From the NCBI GenBank assembly GCA_044222245.1, contig JBGANQ010000021.1, positions 3,597 to 67,596 of the forward strand: a stretch of DNA of 64,000 bases, given 5' to 3'. This DNA is from Polyangia bacterium. Lineage in GTDB: Bacteria; Myxococcota_A; Polyangia; Palsa-1104; JAEUJZ01. Below the pieces are notes generated by a model that saw only the letters and a program-made list of their open reading frames with translations, was not told where the DNA came from and did no database searches. Position 1 is the first letter of the stretch, and every line of letters begins with the position of its first letter. Shown here in pieces: positions 50,543 to 63,795 of the stretch. The position numbers and the translations under genes were made by a program.

Positions 50543-51421
50543 CTAGTACAGCGGCTGCAGCTCGATGCCGGGCCGGAGGTCCTCGACGGTCGTATAGGTC
50601 GAGCCGAGGTCGAGCACGAGGATCTTTTTGTGCTCGTCCTCCATGGCAAAGCTCGACGACAGGATGAGTTGCTCGTAGCCGATCGTCTGATAGCCGGTGG
50701 GGATCACTGCGTGGCCATAGACGATCACCTGGGCCGCGGCGACCCCGAGCAGCGCCTGCGCCTTGAACGGCGGCAGCGCCTGCTCCCATAAAAGCTGCCC
50801 GAACAGCCGCGCCGTCGCCTCGCCGGGCTTGGGGGCCTTGGCGCGGCTGCGCGCCTCCGCCTTGGGCGCCAGGTAGCGGCGGTAGTCGATCGCCTCCAGC
50901 TCGCTCAGGCTGGCGAGCTCGGCCGCGGGAGCGGCGTGGCTGAACAGCACCCCGCAGGGAGCGATCGCCCACAGCGGCAGCGTCTTGAGGAAGCTGGCCA
51001 GCCAGACGCTGTTCTCGATCCCCAGGCGCTGCTCGAGCGCCCCGGCCTCATCGCGGGCGAACACCGCGGTGCGCGGGCCGCCGATGTGGGCGTGCTCGTG
51101 GTTGCCGAGCAGCGCCGTGACCCGCCCGGGGCAGCGCTCGGCCAGAAGCTGCAGCCCCAGGATGATCGCCGGCGACTCATCGCGGTAGGGCCGACCGCGC
51201 AGCGGCGGCTGTCCGGGACCGCCGGCAGGCGCCGGCCACCCCTCGGGGGCGAGCAGCGGCCCATGTAGAAGATCGCCAAGAAAGAGCAGGTGGGCGTCGT
51301 CTCCCATGCCTTCAAAGCGGGCGACAATCGACAGAAAGTCGCGCAGGTTGCCGTGCAGATCAGCGGCGACGAGCAGGCGTCCGTGATCTGGATATCGAGC
51401 GAGCTTTGGACTGTTTGCCAT
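50543..51421 (-). CDS. Calcineurin-like metallophosphoesterase
   Basis: DLHG, GDLLHG, GNHE, SHA and YGH motifs. Confidence 0.88.
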   Translation of the reverse strand: MANSPKLARYPDHGRLLVAADLHGNLRDFLSIVARFEGMGDDAHLLFLGDLLHGPLLAPEGWPAPAGGPGQPPLRGRPYRDESPAIILGLQLLAERCPGRVTALLGNHEHAHIGGPRTAVFARDEAGALEQRLGIENSVWLASFLKTLPLWAIAPCGVLFSHAAPAAELASLSELEAIDYRRYLAPKAEARSRAKAPKPGEATARLFGQLLWEQALPPFKAQALLGVAAAQVIVYGHAVIPTGYQTIGYEQLILSSSFAMEDEHKKILVLDLGSTYTTVEDLRPGIELQPLY

Positions 51422-51983
51422 CGCGCAGGGCCAAGAGGGAAGCGTCGGTCCCCATCTGCCGCCGGCTTGGGCCTCGGGCTCGCCCTGGTCTTGTCCGAGC
51501 GGGACCACCCTGGGAGCCCGAGGACCGCCCACCTGGAACAAGCCCCGGGCGGCAAGCGATCGGCAGATGAAAGATTGCGGCGCGTAGCCATCATATCATT
51601 TCCGCGCACTAACCCTTGTCCCCGAGGGGGCTTCCGGTTACTAATCTTGACTGCTCCGAAGGGCGACCTAGCTTGAACTATCTAACTTAATGTGTCCGAC
51701 CATGTCCCTGGCCGTGGGCCTGACCGTAAGCCCAGCAAGCTCCGCACGCAGCAGCAAGGAAGCAGCCCTGGACATGAGGCGCCCGGACTCGCAGACATAT
51801 ACAATAGGCACCCTGAAGCAGCCCGGTCGCGCGCTCGGCCGCAAAGCAGGCCCGCGAGCCTCCCAGAAAATTTCACCTCCGCATATCGCACACCTCGGGT
51901 GCAGGGCTACCTTGGCCGACCCGGCCTTGGCGACCGCCCCAGGTTGACCGCAAGCCTCTGGTTATGGTGGGAAAGCAGCTGAC

Positions 51984-55183
<3,200 letters not shown>

Positions 55184-55224
55184 GCGCCGGGAATAGGCGG
55201 CGGCCCAAGGACGTTAAAATTGGC

Positions 55225-55917
55225 ATGTTGGAGCGCAACGACAAAAAGCCCGCGGACTACCGTGCTCGTTTCGAGCAGGCGGCCCTTGGGCACCTGGGCG
55301 CGCTGTACGGCACCGCCCTGCGTCTGACCCACAACCAGCGCGACGCCGAGGACCTGGTCCAGGACTCGCTCTTGTCCGCGTTTCGCGCCTTCGACCAGTT
55401 CGTCCCCGGCAGCCAGTGCAAGGCCTGGCTGTTCAAGATCCTCACCAACACCTTCATCAACAAGTACCGCCGCCGGGTGCTGGAGCGGCAGGTGGCGCAG
55501 TCGATGGAGCGGGCGGGCGAGACCGGGGTGATGTCCTCGGGCGGAGTGCGGGCGGCGCGCGACGCCGAGGAGACGCTGCAGTACTCGCTCATGTCCGAGG
55601 CCATCCACAAGGCGCTGGGCGACCTGCCCGAGGAGTTTCGCCTCGCGGTGGTGCTGTGCGATGTCGAGGAGTTCTCCTACCGCGAGATCGCCGATATCAT
55701 GGAGTGTCCGGTCGGCACCGTCATGAGTCGCCTGCACCGCGGGCGGCGGCTCTTGCAGGTGGCGCTGCGCGAGCAGGCGCTGCGCTGCGGCATCGTCCGC
55801 ACCGAGCCCGGCGAAGAGGACGAGCTGGCAGCGCGGCGCGCCCCGTTGGCGGCGGCCGCCGGGGCCCAGGTCTATCAGCTGCCCCGGCGACAAGGATCGG
55901 CGACCAAGAAACCGTAG
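55225..55917 (+). CDS. ECF RNA polymerase sigma factor
   Basis: DAEDLVQD, KAWLFKILTNTFIN, LPEEFR and SYREIADIMECPVGTVMSRLHRGR motifs. Confidence 0.93.
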   Translation: MLERNDKKPADYRARFEQAALGHLGALYGTALRLTHNQRDAEDLVQDSLLSAFRAFDQFVPGSQCKAWLFKILTNTFINKYRRRVLERQVAQSMERAGETGVMSSGGVRAARDAEETLQYSLMSEAIHKALGDLPEEFRLAVVLCDVEEFSYREIADIMECPVGTVMSRLHRGRRLLQVALREQALRCGIVRTEPGEEDELAARRAPLAAAAGAQVYQLPRRQGSATKKP

Positions 55918-55938
55918 ATTCGACGACGACGTAAGACC

Positions 55939-56706
55939 ATGCAGTGTCGAGACATCGAACGCGATCTGGACAGCTTCATCGACGGCGAGCTGGCTGTACC
56001 AGAGAGTCTTGAGGTCGAGGCTCACCTACACACCTGCGCTGCCTGTCAAAAGCAGGTCGAAGAGCAGCGCAGCATGAAGCGCTCACTGCGCCTGGCGCTG
56101 CGGCCACCCGAGCTGCCGGCGACGCTGCGCGACTTCGTGCGCGACAGCCTGCACGGCGAGCTGCGCGAGCAAGAGCGGGCCTCGCGCTGGCTGCGCCTGC
56201 GCCGGCCAATTCTGCTCAGCCTGCCGGCGCTGGGGCTCTGCGCGGCGCTGCTGTTCGCGGCGCTTTACCCGTCGCGGCCCGAGGTCGTGATGGAGTCGAT
56301 GATCATCAAGCACCAGCGCAACCTGCCGCTGGAGATCACCGGCGGGCCCGAGGTCGTGCGCAGCTGGTTTGACGGCAAGGTGCCCTTCGCGGTGCCGCCG
56401 CCGCGGGTCGAGCCGATCGCCTCGCTGCGCGGCGGCCGGATCAGCCAGCTCGGCGATCGCGAGGCGGCGTACCTGCAGTATGAGCAGCGCGGGCAGCGGA
56501 TCTCGGTGTTCGTCTTTGACCCGAGCGGGCTGCGCCTGCAGGCCCCCCGGCGGGCGGTCATCCACAACCGCGAGGTGTTCATCCAGGGCAGCCGCGGCTA
56601 CCACATCGCCGTCTTCCAGGATCGCGACCTCGGCTACGCTATCGCCGGCAGCGTCGACGAGCCGGAGTTTATCCAGTTCGTCTCGGCGATCATGCGCTCG
56701 CCGTAG
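55939..56706 (+). CDS. Zinc-binding (ZAS/zf-HC2) transmembrane anti-sigma factor
   Basis: FIDGEL..HLHTCAAC motif, TM helix, extracytoplasmic domain; directly after the sigma gene. Confidence 0.88.
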   Translation: MQCRDIERDLDSFIDGELAVPESLEVEAHLHTCAACQKQVEEQRSMKRSLRLALRPPELPATLRDFVRDSLHGELREQERASRWLRLRRPILLSLPALGLCAALLFAALYPSRPEVVMESMIIKHQRNLPLEITGGPEVVRSWFDGKVPFAVPPPRVEPIASLRGGRISQLGDREAAYLQYEQRGQRISVFVFDPSGLRLQAPRRAVIHNREVFIQGSRGYHIAVFQDRDLGYAIAGSVDEPEFIQFVSAIMRSP

Positions 56707-56732
56707 CGCGCCAGACTTCTCGCCGCCGGGGC

Positions 56733-59015
56733 TTGGCTGTAAGATCACCCGCGGTGCTGGGGACTCGATATTCCGTGCGGGCGCTGCGCAACCGGCCGCG
56801 GCGGGCCAGCTTTGGGCTGCCGCTTGGGCTGCTCTTGGCGCTCGTGCTGCCCGGCGTGGGGCGTGGCGAGGCGGCGCGCGGCGCGGCGGCCCGTCCGGCG
56901 CCGCGGCCCAAGAAGCTGCCGCCGCTGCTGCAGCACATCCGGCAGGGGGTCGCGGCGTTTCGCGCCGGCGACTACGCCAGCGTGCGCGCCGAGCTGCTGC
57001 CGCTGGCCAGCAGCGGCGCCCTGCGCGCGTTCAAGGGTGAGGACTACGCGCTCTACCTGCTGGGTGAGAGCGAGGCCCTGCTGGCCGAGGAGCAGCAGGA
57101 GCGCCGCCTGTGGCAGGGGGCGCAGCAGCACCTGCGGGCGGTGGTTGCGCTCGGCGACTCGCCGCTGGCGCTGCTCGCGCGGGCGCGGGCGGCCGACTGC
57201 GCCCGCAAGCTCGGCAAGCCGGCGGCCAAAGAGGCCGAGGCCGGCTACCGCGAAGCGCTCGGCAGCGCCAAGTCGAGCCTGGACGTCGCCACCATCCGCT
57301 TCCGCCTCGCCGAGCTGGCCGAGCAGGCCGGCCGCAGCCCCGAGGCGCGCGCCGCCCTGCGCAAGCTGTACGTCGAGTACCCCCTGCACCCGCTCGGCGA
57401 GACGGCGCTCGCCCGGCTGCACGAGCTCGATGCCAGCACCACCCTGGACGCCAGCGAGCACATAAAGCGCGCCAAGAACCTCATCCAGAACCGCCGCTGG
57501 CCCGAGGCGATCGCCGAGCTCATGGCCCTGCCGGCCGACCTCGGCCCCGCCCTGCGCGACGAGGTCGAGTACTGGCTGGCCACCAGCTTCTACCGCATGC
57601 GGCGCAACTACAGCGGCGCCGCCCAGAAGCTGCTCGAGGTCGCCAAGCGCATGCGCGGCGAGCCGCAGGCCGAGGCGATGTTCCACGGCGCCCGGGCGCT
57701 GTCGCGCGCCGATCAAGACGACGAGGCGATAAAGGGCTATAAGGCGGTGGTCGAGGCCCACCCCAAGTCGCACTTCGCCCCCGAGGCGTCGTTCTTAAGC
57801 GGCTGGCTGGAGTATAACCGCAGCCACTACACCGAGGCGATCGCCAACCTGCAGGAGACCCTGCGCCGCTTCTCCGGCCCGTTCGCCGACGAGGCGCGCT
57901 GGTACATCGGGCTGTCGCGCTACCTGCTGGGCGACTACGCCGGGGCGCTGCCCGAGCTGGAGGCGCTGGCCAAGCGCGGCGGCACCGTGGCCGCCAAGGC
58001 GAACTACTGGGCGGCGGTGGCGCTGTTCAAGCAGGACCGCAAGCCCGAGGCGCTCGAGCGCTGGCAGCGCCTGGTTGATAGCCAGCCGCTCGGCTACTAC
58101 GGCATGCTGGCGCGGGTGCGCCTGGGCGGCGAGGGGGTCAAGGTGACCCTGTTCGCCGACGCCGCGCGGCGCTCGGCCGAGGGGCTGCTGGCCTGGCCCA
58201 AGCCGGGCGAGCCGCCCGACCCCCAGGTGCTGCAGGACCCGCAGGTCGAGCGCGCCGCCGAGCTGCTCCTGGTCGGCCTGGATACCGAGGCCAGCGCCGA
58301 GCTGCGTCGCAGCGAGCCGGCGCTCATGCAGCGCTACGGGGCGGCGCGGGCGCTGCCGGCGCTGTTTGACCTTTACACCCGCGCCCAGAACTTCCAGCGC
58401 CCGCACCAGCTGGCCGAGGTCTACGGCGCCGCCGCCCTGCGCAAGGACCCGCAGAAGGTGCCAGCGGCGCGCCCGCTGTGGGAGGCGAGCTACCCGCTGG
58501 CCTACCGCGGCTTCATCGAGAAGTACGGACCCACCGGCGACAACCCGCCGCGCTACCTGTACTCGATCATGCAGAAGGAGTCGGCGTATAACCCGCACGA
58601 TGTCTCGTACGCTGACGCGATAGGCCTGTTGCAGATGATCCCGCCGACCAGCCGCCGCGTCGCGCCGTACATCGATCGCCCCTACACCGACGATGTCCTT
58701 TACGACCCGGAGGGCAACATCCAGTTTGGCGCCTGGTACATCGGGCGGCTGCTCAAGAAGTTCAAGGGGCAGGTGGCGCTGGGGGCGGGCAGCTTCAACG
58801 CCGGGCCCAAGGCGATGATCCGCTGGCTGGAGCGGCACGGCGATCGGCCGCTCGACGAGTTCATCGAGCTGTGCCCCTACACCCAGACCCGCGAGTACAT
58901 GAAGAAGCTGCTCGACATCTATGCCCACTACGTCTACCTGTGGGACGGTCAGGAGTACCTGCCGAGCCTGCAGGTCGACAAGCAGTACCTGACCGGCGAC
59001 GGCATCGACTACTGA
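56733..59015 (+). CDS. Soluble lytic transglycosylase with TPR superhelix
   Basis: IMQKES, AIGLLQM, NIQFGAWY, SFNAGP and QTREY motifs; start uncertain. Confidence 0.9.
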   Translation: MAVRSPAVLGTRYSVRALRNRPRRASFGLPLGLLLALVLPGVGRGEAARGAAARPAPRPKKLPPLLQHIRQGVAAFRAGDYASVRAELLPLASSGALRAFKGEDYALYLLGESEALLAEEQQERRLWQGAQQHLRAVVALGDSPLALLARARAADCARKLGKPAAKEAEAGYREALGSAKSSLDVATIRFRLAELAEQAGRSPEARAALRKLYVEYPLHPLGETALARLHELDASTTLDASEHIKRAKNLIQNRRWPEAIAELMALPADLGPALRDEVEYWLATSFYRMRRNYSGAAQKLLEVAKRMRGEPQAEAMFHGARALSRADQDDEAIKGYKAVVEAHPKSHFAPEASFLSGWLEYNRSHYTEAIANLQETLRRFSGPFADEARWYIGLSRYLLGDYAGALPELEALAKRGGTVAAKANYWAAVALFKQDRKPEALERWQRLVDSQPLGYYGMLARVRLGGEGVKVTLFADAARRSAEGLLAWPKPGEPPDPQVLQDPQVERAAELLLVGLDTEASAELRRSEPALMQRYGAARALPALFDLYTRAQNFQRPHQLAEVYGAAALRKDPQKVPAARPLWEASYPLAYRGFIEKYGPTGDNPPRYLYSIMQKESAYNPHDVSYADAIGLLQMIPPTSRRVAPYIDRPYTDDVLYDPEGNIQFGAWYIGRLLKKFKGQVALGAGSFNAGPKAMIRWLERHGDRPLDEFIELCPYTQTREYMKKLLDIYAHYVYLWDGQEYLPSLQVDKQYLTGDGIDY

Positions 59016-59824
59016 GGGGCGACCACCGGCGCCAGCTTCGCGCCGGGTTGTGAGCCCAGCTCTGCGCCGGCTTCTGACCGGGGCTCGGGGCCGGGCTCTG
59101 ACCCCGGCTCGGGGTAGACCAGCAGCTCGCTGGTGGCGCGGCCGCAGCGGAACAGCGCGTCGAGCACCGAGAGTCCGCCGACGAACGACGGCTGCCCCTG
59201 CGGGTAGGTGAGCGGGACGTAGGTGCGGATCGTCAGCTGCAGGCCAGCGGCGCTGAACTTGTCGGCCGCCTGGTACTTGGGCCCGCTCGGGCCCGACAGG
59301 TAGGTGGTGCCGCCCACCGCCTGCACCAGCGCCACCAGCCGCTCGTCCCCGCGACCGGCGCAGGCAAGGGTGCTGGCGCGCACCACGCGCCGCTGCAGCC
59401 CGAGGTAGGCGAGCAGCGCGTGCAGCAGCCGCTCGTTGAACTCCGCCAGCCACGGACCGGCGCCCTCGTAAAGAGGCGCCAGCAGGGCGAAGACCTCGGC
59501 GAAAAAGGGGCTGCGGCCGTAGCGGGCGCGCAGCGTCTGCAGGTGGCGCCGCGCCCAGCCCGGGTCGGCGATGCGCGCCTGGCAGATCCGCTGCAGCTCG
59601 CCCGCGCCGTGCGCCAGCGGGATCGTCAGCCACTGCGGTCCCTGCGCCCCAAGGATCCGCGTGCGCGCCACGTAGCTGCGCCCGCGCGGCAGCTGCGCGT
59701 CGTCGAGCAGGACCAGCACCTGGGCCGCCTTGAGCTTGGCGAAGAAGCCGCACCACGGCGCATAGTTCGGCTGGTGGATCGCCACCCGCAGCCCGGCCGC
59801 CGCTGCGCCGCCGCTCGGGCTCAC
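59009..59824 (-). CDS. WbqC-family protein
   Basis: AIHQPNYAPWCGFF, WLTIP, YLSGPSG..Y and GLSVLDAL motifs; GTG overlaps the upstream stop. Confidence 0.88.
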   Translation of the reverse strand: MSPSGGAAAAGLRVAIHQPNYAPWCGFFAKLKAAQVLVLLDDAQLPRGRSYVARTRILGAQGPQWLTIPLAHGAGELQRICQARIADPGWARRHLQTLRARYGRSPFFAEVFALLAPLYEGAGPWLAEFNERLLHALLAYLGLQRRVVRASTLACAGRGDERLVALVQAVGGTTYLSGPSGPKYQAADKFSAAGLQLTIRTYVPLTYPQGQPSFVGGLSVLDALFRCGRATSELLVYPEPGSEPGPEPRSEAGAELGSQPGAKLAPVVAPQ

Positions 59825-60507
59825 GCGCGCCGGTGGATGAGGGTGAAGTCGTTGGGCCGGTAGTCGTGGATGAGGCGGCAGCGCCAGTCGACCTGGCGCT
59901 GGAACAGCCCGAGCAGCCACGCCGGCTCGACATACTGCGACACCCCGTCGGGCTTTTGGGTGCAGGTGCTGAGGAAGTTCAGCCCGAAGCCGCGACTGCA
60001 GAGGGCGTGGAAGCGGCGCAGGATGCGCAGCACATACTCCTCATAGCCGGCCACCGCCACCGCCATGATGCCCGAGGCGACGATGAAATCCGGCCGCAGC
60101 GGCGGGTCCCCGGCCCGTGCGTCCAGCACATCCAGCACCGCAAACTCCGCCTGCGGGTGGCGCTTCTGCGCCGCGGCGACGATGCGCGGCGACAGGTCGA
60201 CGCCCAGGTAGCGCGCCGGCACCTGCCCGCGCTCGCCCAGGTAGTCCAGCAGGTCGCCAAAGCCGCAGCCGACCTCCAGCACCGTCGCCTGGTGCAGCGG
60301 CAGCTCGTCGAGCAGCACCTGATAGCGCGCCCGCTGCGACTCGCGGCTGCCCCAGAAGGCCTGCCAGCCGTCGCCGCGCTCGGCCACCAGGTCCTCGTGA
60401 AAGGCGGCGGCGCGGGCGCGCCACTGCGCGAGCAGCTCGGCAGCGGCGGCGGGCTCGGGGTCGGGGAGGGCCGCAGGGGGCGGCGCGGGAGCGGCGGGGC
60501 GGGTCAT
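59821..60507 (-). CDS. Class I SAM-dependent methyltransferase
   Basis: VLEVGCGFGD, YLGVDLS and DFIVASG motifs. Confidence 0.9.
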   Translation of the reverse strand: MTRPAAPAPPPAALPDPEPAAAAELLAQWRARAAAFHEDLVAERGDGWQAFWGSRESQRARYQVLLDELPLHQATVLEVGCGFGDLLDYLGERGQVPARYLGVDLSPRIVAAAQKRHPQAEFAVLDVLDARAGDPPLRPDFIVASGIMAVAVAGYEEYVLRILRRFHALCSRGFGLNFLSTCTQKPDGVSQYVEPAWLLGLFQRQVDWRCRLIHDYRPNDFTLIHRRA

Positions 60508-60516
60508 CGGCGCGGT

Positions 60517-62394
60517 CTAGAACTCGTCGTCGTCGTCGCCCTTGCTCTTGATGCTGTTGAGCAGCTTGAAGGCCTCTTGGACCTTGGGGTTCTTGGCGCT
60601 GTTGCCGTAAAGCTGCATGACCTTGCGGCACAAGAGCTTGGCCTGGCTCGGGTTCTTGGTTACAAGGCCGCGGGCCTGGCTCAGCATCTGGTCGGCCTGG
60701 CCATCCTTGGCGGGATCGGCAGCCGCGCCGGCGGCCGCCGGCTTGCCGCCCCCGGCCTTGGCCTGCAGGCCGCTGATCTTGCCGCTGAGGAAGCCCGACA
60801 GCCCGCCCCCGAGCTTCTTGTCGGCGGCGGCGGCGCTCTGGTAGGCGTCGATCGCGCCCTTGGGGTTACTGCCCTCAAGCTTGCCCGCCTTGTCGATGGC
60901 GGCCTTGACGTCCTCGATGTTGCGCGCCGTCTCTGCCGCCTTGGGCGACTTGACCGCCTTGGCGGCGCTGATCGCGCCACCGAAGTCTTTGCTCTTGTAG
61001 GCGGCCAGCGCCTTGCTGAAGTCGCCTCCGCTGGCGGGCTCGGCCTTCTTGGGCTCGGCCTTCTTGGGCTCGCTCTTGCGCTGCTGCTTGGGCTCGGGCT
61101 TGTCGGCCTTCTTGGGCGGCTCGGGCTGCTCGGGCTGCGTGTTGTCGGCGACCTGGGTCGGCTCCTCGGGCTTGGGCGCGCTGGTCAGGCGGGCCTTGAG
61201 CTCCAGGAGGTCGGTGCTCTCCGGGTCATACTCCAGCCCCTGGCTGACCTTCTCCAGCGCGGCGGCGTTGTCGTTTTTGGCCAGCGCCTGGGCCTCGTTG
61301 TAGATCGCCTTGACCGCCTCGTGCCGCGCCTGCCGCGCCTGCTGCTGCGCGTCCTCGAACTGCGTCGACGACTTGTCGACCTTGTCGAACAGCTTGAGGG
61401 CGTCGGCATACTTGCGATCGTCCAGCTGCTTTTTGGCCTGCTCGAGGATCTTGTGGAACTTGTCCTCGGTGTCGCAGGCCTCCAGGTAGTGCTTGAGCTC
61501 CTGCGAGTCGGGGGCCAGGACGAGCGCCGCCTCGAACGCCTTGCGCGCGGTGTCGTAGTGGGCGGCGGTGAAGTCCTTGGTGCCGGTGTTGTAGCTCTCC
61601 AGCGCCTTGTCGACGAGCTTGGCGGTGCCGCTGCCGCGCAGCGAGAGCACCGTGAAGCCCACCGCGCCGACCAGGAAGGCGCTGAGCAGCGCCCCGAAGT
61701 ACAGCGTGCGCTTCTTGGCGTTGCCGAGGAACCCGAGCGGCCCCATCGGCATGATGGCGATGCTGCTGCCCGAGATCATCGACTGCGGCTGCGACTGCGG
61801 CTGCACCGCCATGCCGCCGGTCCCGAGCGGCTGCACCATCGACGGGAACGCCGGCTGCGGCGCCTGCAGCTGCGGCATCTGCGGCTGCATCGGCTGCATT
61901 GGCATCTGCGGCTGCATCGGCTGCATCGGCATCTGCGGCTGCATATAGCCGGCCTGCTGCGGCGGGTAGCCCGGCGGCGGGTAGCCCATCGGCGGCTGCC
62001 CGTAGGCCGGCGGTGCCATCATCGGCGGCGCCGGCGGCGGCGCCATCATCGGCGGCGGGGCGGGCGGCGGCGGCGGCATCTCCTGCTGCGGCCGCGACGG
62101 CGGGTGCTCGAAACGGAGCAGCGAGTTGCCGACCTCGATCTGATCCCCATCGACGAGCTGCACATCGGCGACGCGCTTGCCGTTGACCATGGTGCCGTTG
62201 GGCGAGCCCATGTCCTGCATGCGATAGCCGTTGGGCTGCAGGTGGATCTGGATGTGCCGCCGCGACACCGCGATGTCGGCGATGACCAGCATCTGATCGG
62301 CGCCGCGCCCGATGGAGGTGAGCTGCCGGTTGAGCTCGATCTGCTTGCCCTGATCGTTGCCGCTGACGACGCGCAGGATGCCGTACTTGCCCAT
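60517..62394 (-). CDS. FHA-domain, Pro/Gln-rich, TM, TPR-like protein
   Basis: IGRG..VSRRH..DMGSPNGTMVNG FHA motifs; TM helix; helical periplasmic repeats; start tentative. Confidence 0.88.
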   Translation of the reverse strand: MGKYGILRVVSGNDQGKQIELNRQLTSIGRGADQMLVIADIAVSRRHIQIHLQPNGYRMQDMGSPNGTMVNGKRVADVQLVDGDQIEVGNSLLRFEHPPSRPQQEMPPPPPAPPPMMAPPPAPPMMAPPAYGQPPMGYPPPGYPPQQAGYMQPQMPMQPMQPQMPMQPMQPQMPQLQAPQPAFPSMVQPLGTGGMAVQPQSQPQSMISGSSIAIMPMGPLGFLGNAKKRTLYFGALLSAFLVGAVGFTVLSLRGSGTAKLVDKALESYNTGTKDFTAAHYDTARKAFEAALVLAPDSQELKHYLEACDTEDKFHKILEQAKKQLDDRKYADALKLFDKVDKSSTQFEDAQQQARQARHEAVKAIYNEAQALAKNDNAAALEKVSQGLEYDPESTDLLELKARLTSAPKPEEPTQVADNTQPEQPEPPKKADKPEPKQQRKSEPKKAEPKKAEPASGGDFSKALAAYKSKDFGGAISAAKAVKSPKAAETARNIEDVKAAIDKAGKLEGSNPKGAIDAYQSAAAADKKLGGGLSGFLSGKISGLQAKAGGGKPAAAGAAADPAKDGQADQMLSQARGLVTKNPSQAKLLCRKVMQLYGNSAKNPKVQEAFKLLNSIKSKGDDDDEF

Positions 62395-62794
62395 CGGCGG
62401 CGCTCCTACGGCACCCCCCGCTCCCCCGACGCCACCGGCGCTCGGACCGGGCGGCACCATCGCGTAGATGGCGACGCCGCGTCGGTGGTGGACTGTCGCC
62501 CCCGGGTGCGCGAAAGCCGGACCGTCGGAGTCGCCGAATGAGAACGAGGAAGAAGAATCAGAGGGACTCATCGGGTGAGATCTGACCAGCATTATGCGAA
62601 AGTGTATCAGCAGCCCCGCTGTCATTCCAGAGTCAGGTGCGATAACGGGGCAGCGGAGCCGGCCCGCGCTCGCTGCGCGGGTCGATCCGGCCAAACCCGC
62701 ACCGCTGCCCGCGGTTGCCCGAGCTTGGGGCGCGGCCAGCTGCGCTGACTTATCTGCCCACTTTTGCCCTGCTTACAGGAGCTGCCTTGGCGGG

Positions 62795-62884
62795 CTGGCG
62801 ACTACCGGCAGTCACCGGAGATCACTGGAGATCACCGGAGATCACTGGCGACCTCTGGCGACCTCTGGTGACCTCTGGTTATCA
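62795..62884. repeat. Array of about 8-9 degenerate 10-bp units, partly self-complementary
   Basis: actaccggca gtcaccggag atcactggag atcaccggag atcactggcg acctctggcg acctctggtg acctctggtt. Confidence 0.85.
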
Positions 62885-63229
62885 GGGCGCGGCGCTGGGG
62901 CCGGCCGACGGTCCGCCTGGGAAGGCTTGCCGGCGCTCGCTGCCGTCATCCTGCTGGATGAGCAGCTCGACCCGCTGCTCGGCGGCATCGAGGATGGCGC
63001 TGCCGCGGCGCGACAGCATCACCCCGTCTTCGAATGCCAGCAGCGCCTGCTCTAGCGACAGGCTGCCCTGCTCCAGGCGCGCCACGACCTGGCGCAGGCG
63101 ATCGAGCACCTGATCGAAGCCGAGCTCCGGCTCGTCGCCGGGACCTTGTTTGTTGCCGGCGGCGCCGGTCGCGCCGCGTCCCGCCGCCGGGCCGGCGTCA
63201 CCCGAGGAATTTGCGCTTGAATTTGCCAC
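62882..63229 (-). CDS. xseB: Exodeoxyribonuclease VII small subunit
   Basis: FDQVLDRLRQVVARLEQGSLSLEQALLAFEDGV..L.AAEQRVELL. Confidence 0.9.
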   Translation of the reverse strand: MANSSANSSGDAGPAAGRGATGAAGNKQGPGDEPELGFDQVLDRLRQVVARLEQGSLSLEQALLAFEDGVMLSRRGSAILDAAEQRVELLIQQDDGSERRQAFPGGPSAGPSAAP

Positions 63230-63309
63230 GTGAGTCTTTTCTGGCGCGGCCCGCCTGAGCTAGGCCGCGGCCGTCACCCCAGCGCATCCCCCCGGCTGCG
63301 CCGGCGCTG

Positions 63310-63669
63310 CTACTTCAGGCCGACGTTGAACTTGTAATCGAAGGTCTCGGGCTTGCCGCTCGGCGGCGGCGGCAGCTGCCACTGGATGGCGCGGCTCTTG
63401 ACGCACTCGGTGAACTGCGGGTCCTTCACTTCGTCCTTGGTAAAGGCGAACTGGTTGACCTTGCCGTTGGGCGCGACCTGGATCTTCATCTCCATCGAGC
63501 CCTTGAGCGAAGCGTTGCGCTGGCCGGCCTCACCGATGCACGCCGTGATGTCGCCGCGGTTCTGCCGCACGCCCTCGATCGCCGTGTCCTTGTACGAGTG
63601 ACAGGCGGCCAGGGTCAGGGCGCAGAAGAGGGTTCCAAAAACCATGACGGGTCGAGCAGTTTTCAGCAT
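63310..63669 (-). CDS. Small lipoprotein with AgmX/PglI C-terminal (TonB-C-like) domain
   Basis: LAAC lipobox; ITACI..LKG....I.PNGKV..CV....WQLPPP pattern. Confidence 0.78.
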   Translation of the reverse strand: MLKTARPVMVFGTLFCALTLAACHSYKDTAIEGVRQNRGDITACIGEAGQRNASLKGSMEMKIQVAPNGKVNQFAFTKDEVKDPQFTECVKSRAIQWQLPPPPSGKPETFDYKFNVGLK

Positions 63670-63795
63670 AAGTGGACTTTGCAGCCCGTTGCCTGCAAGG
63701 TCAAGCCGACGCGGCGCAAATTCGCCTAAGTCCCCGAAGGCACAGCGAAAAGCCCGCGGGTGAAATCTGCCGCGGCCCGCCTCCGGGCGAGCGCG

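Noticed and set aside
51745-51775. SRP (4.5S) RNA, suggested by AAGGAAGCAGC
   Set aside because: The upstream CAGG-CC arm needed to close the conserved GNRA-capped helix is missing.
59833-62541. Very long antisense or alternate-frame ORFs (e.g. 902 aa here, 14862-17123, 47480-49321)
   Set aside because: Expected shadows in high-GC DNA; no motifs, and they overlap well-supported genes.
62795-62884. CRISPR array (also considered for 14924-14983 and 32847-32906)
   Set aside because: Units are 10-12 bp and contiguous, with no unique spacers and no cas genes.
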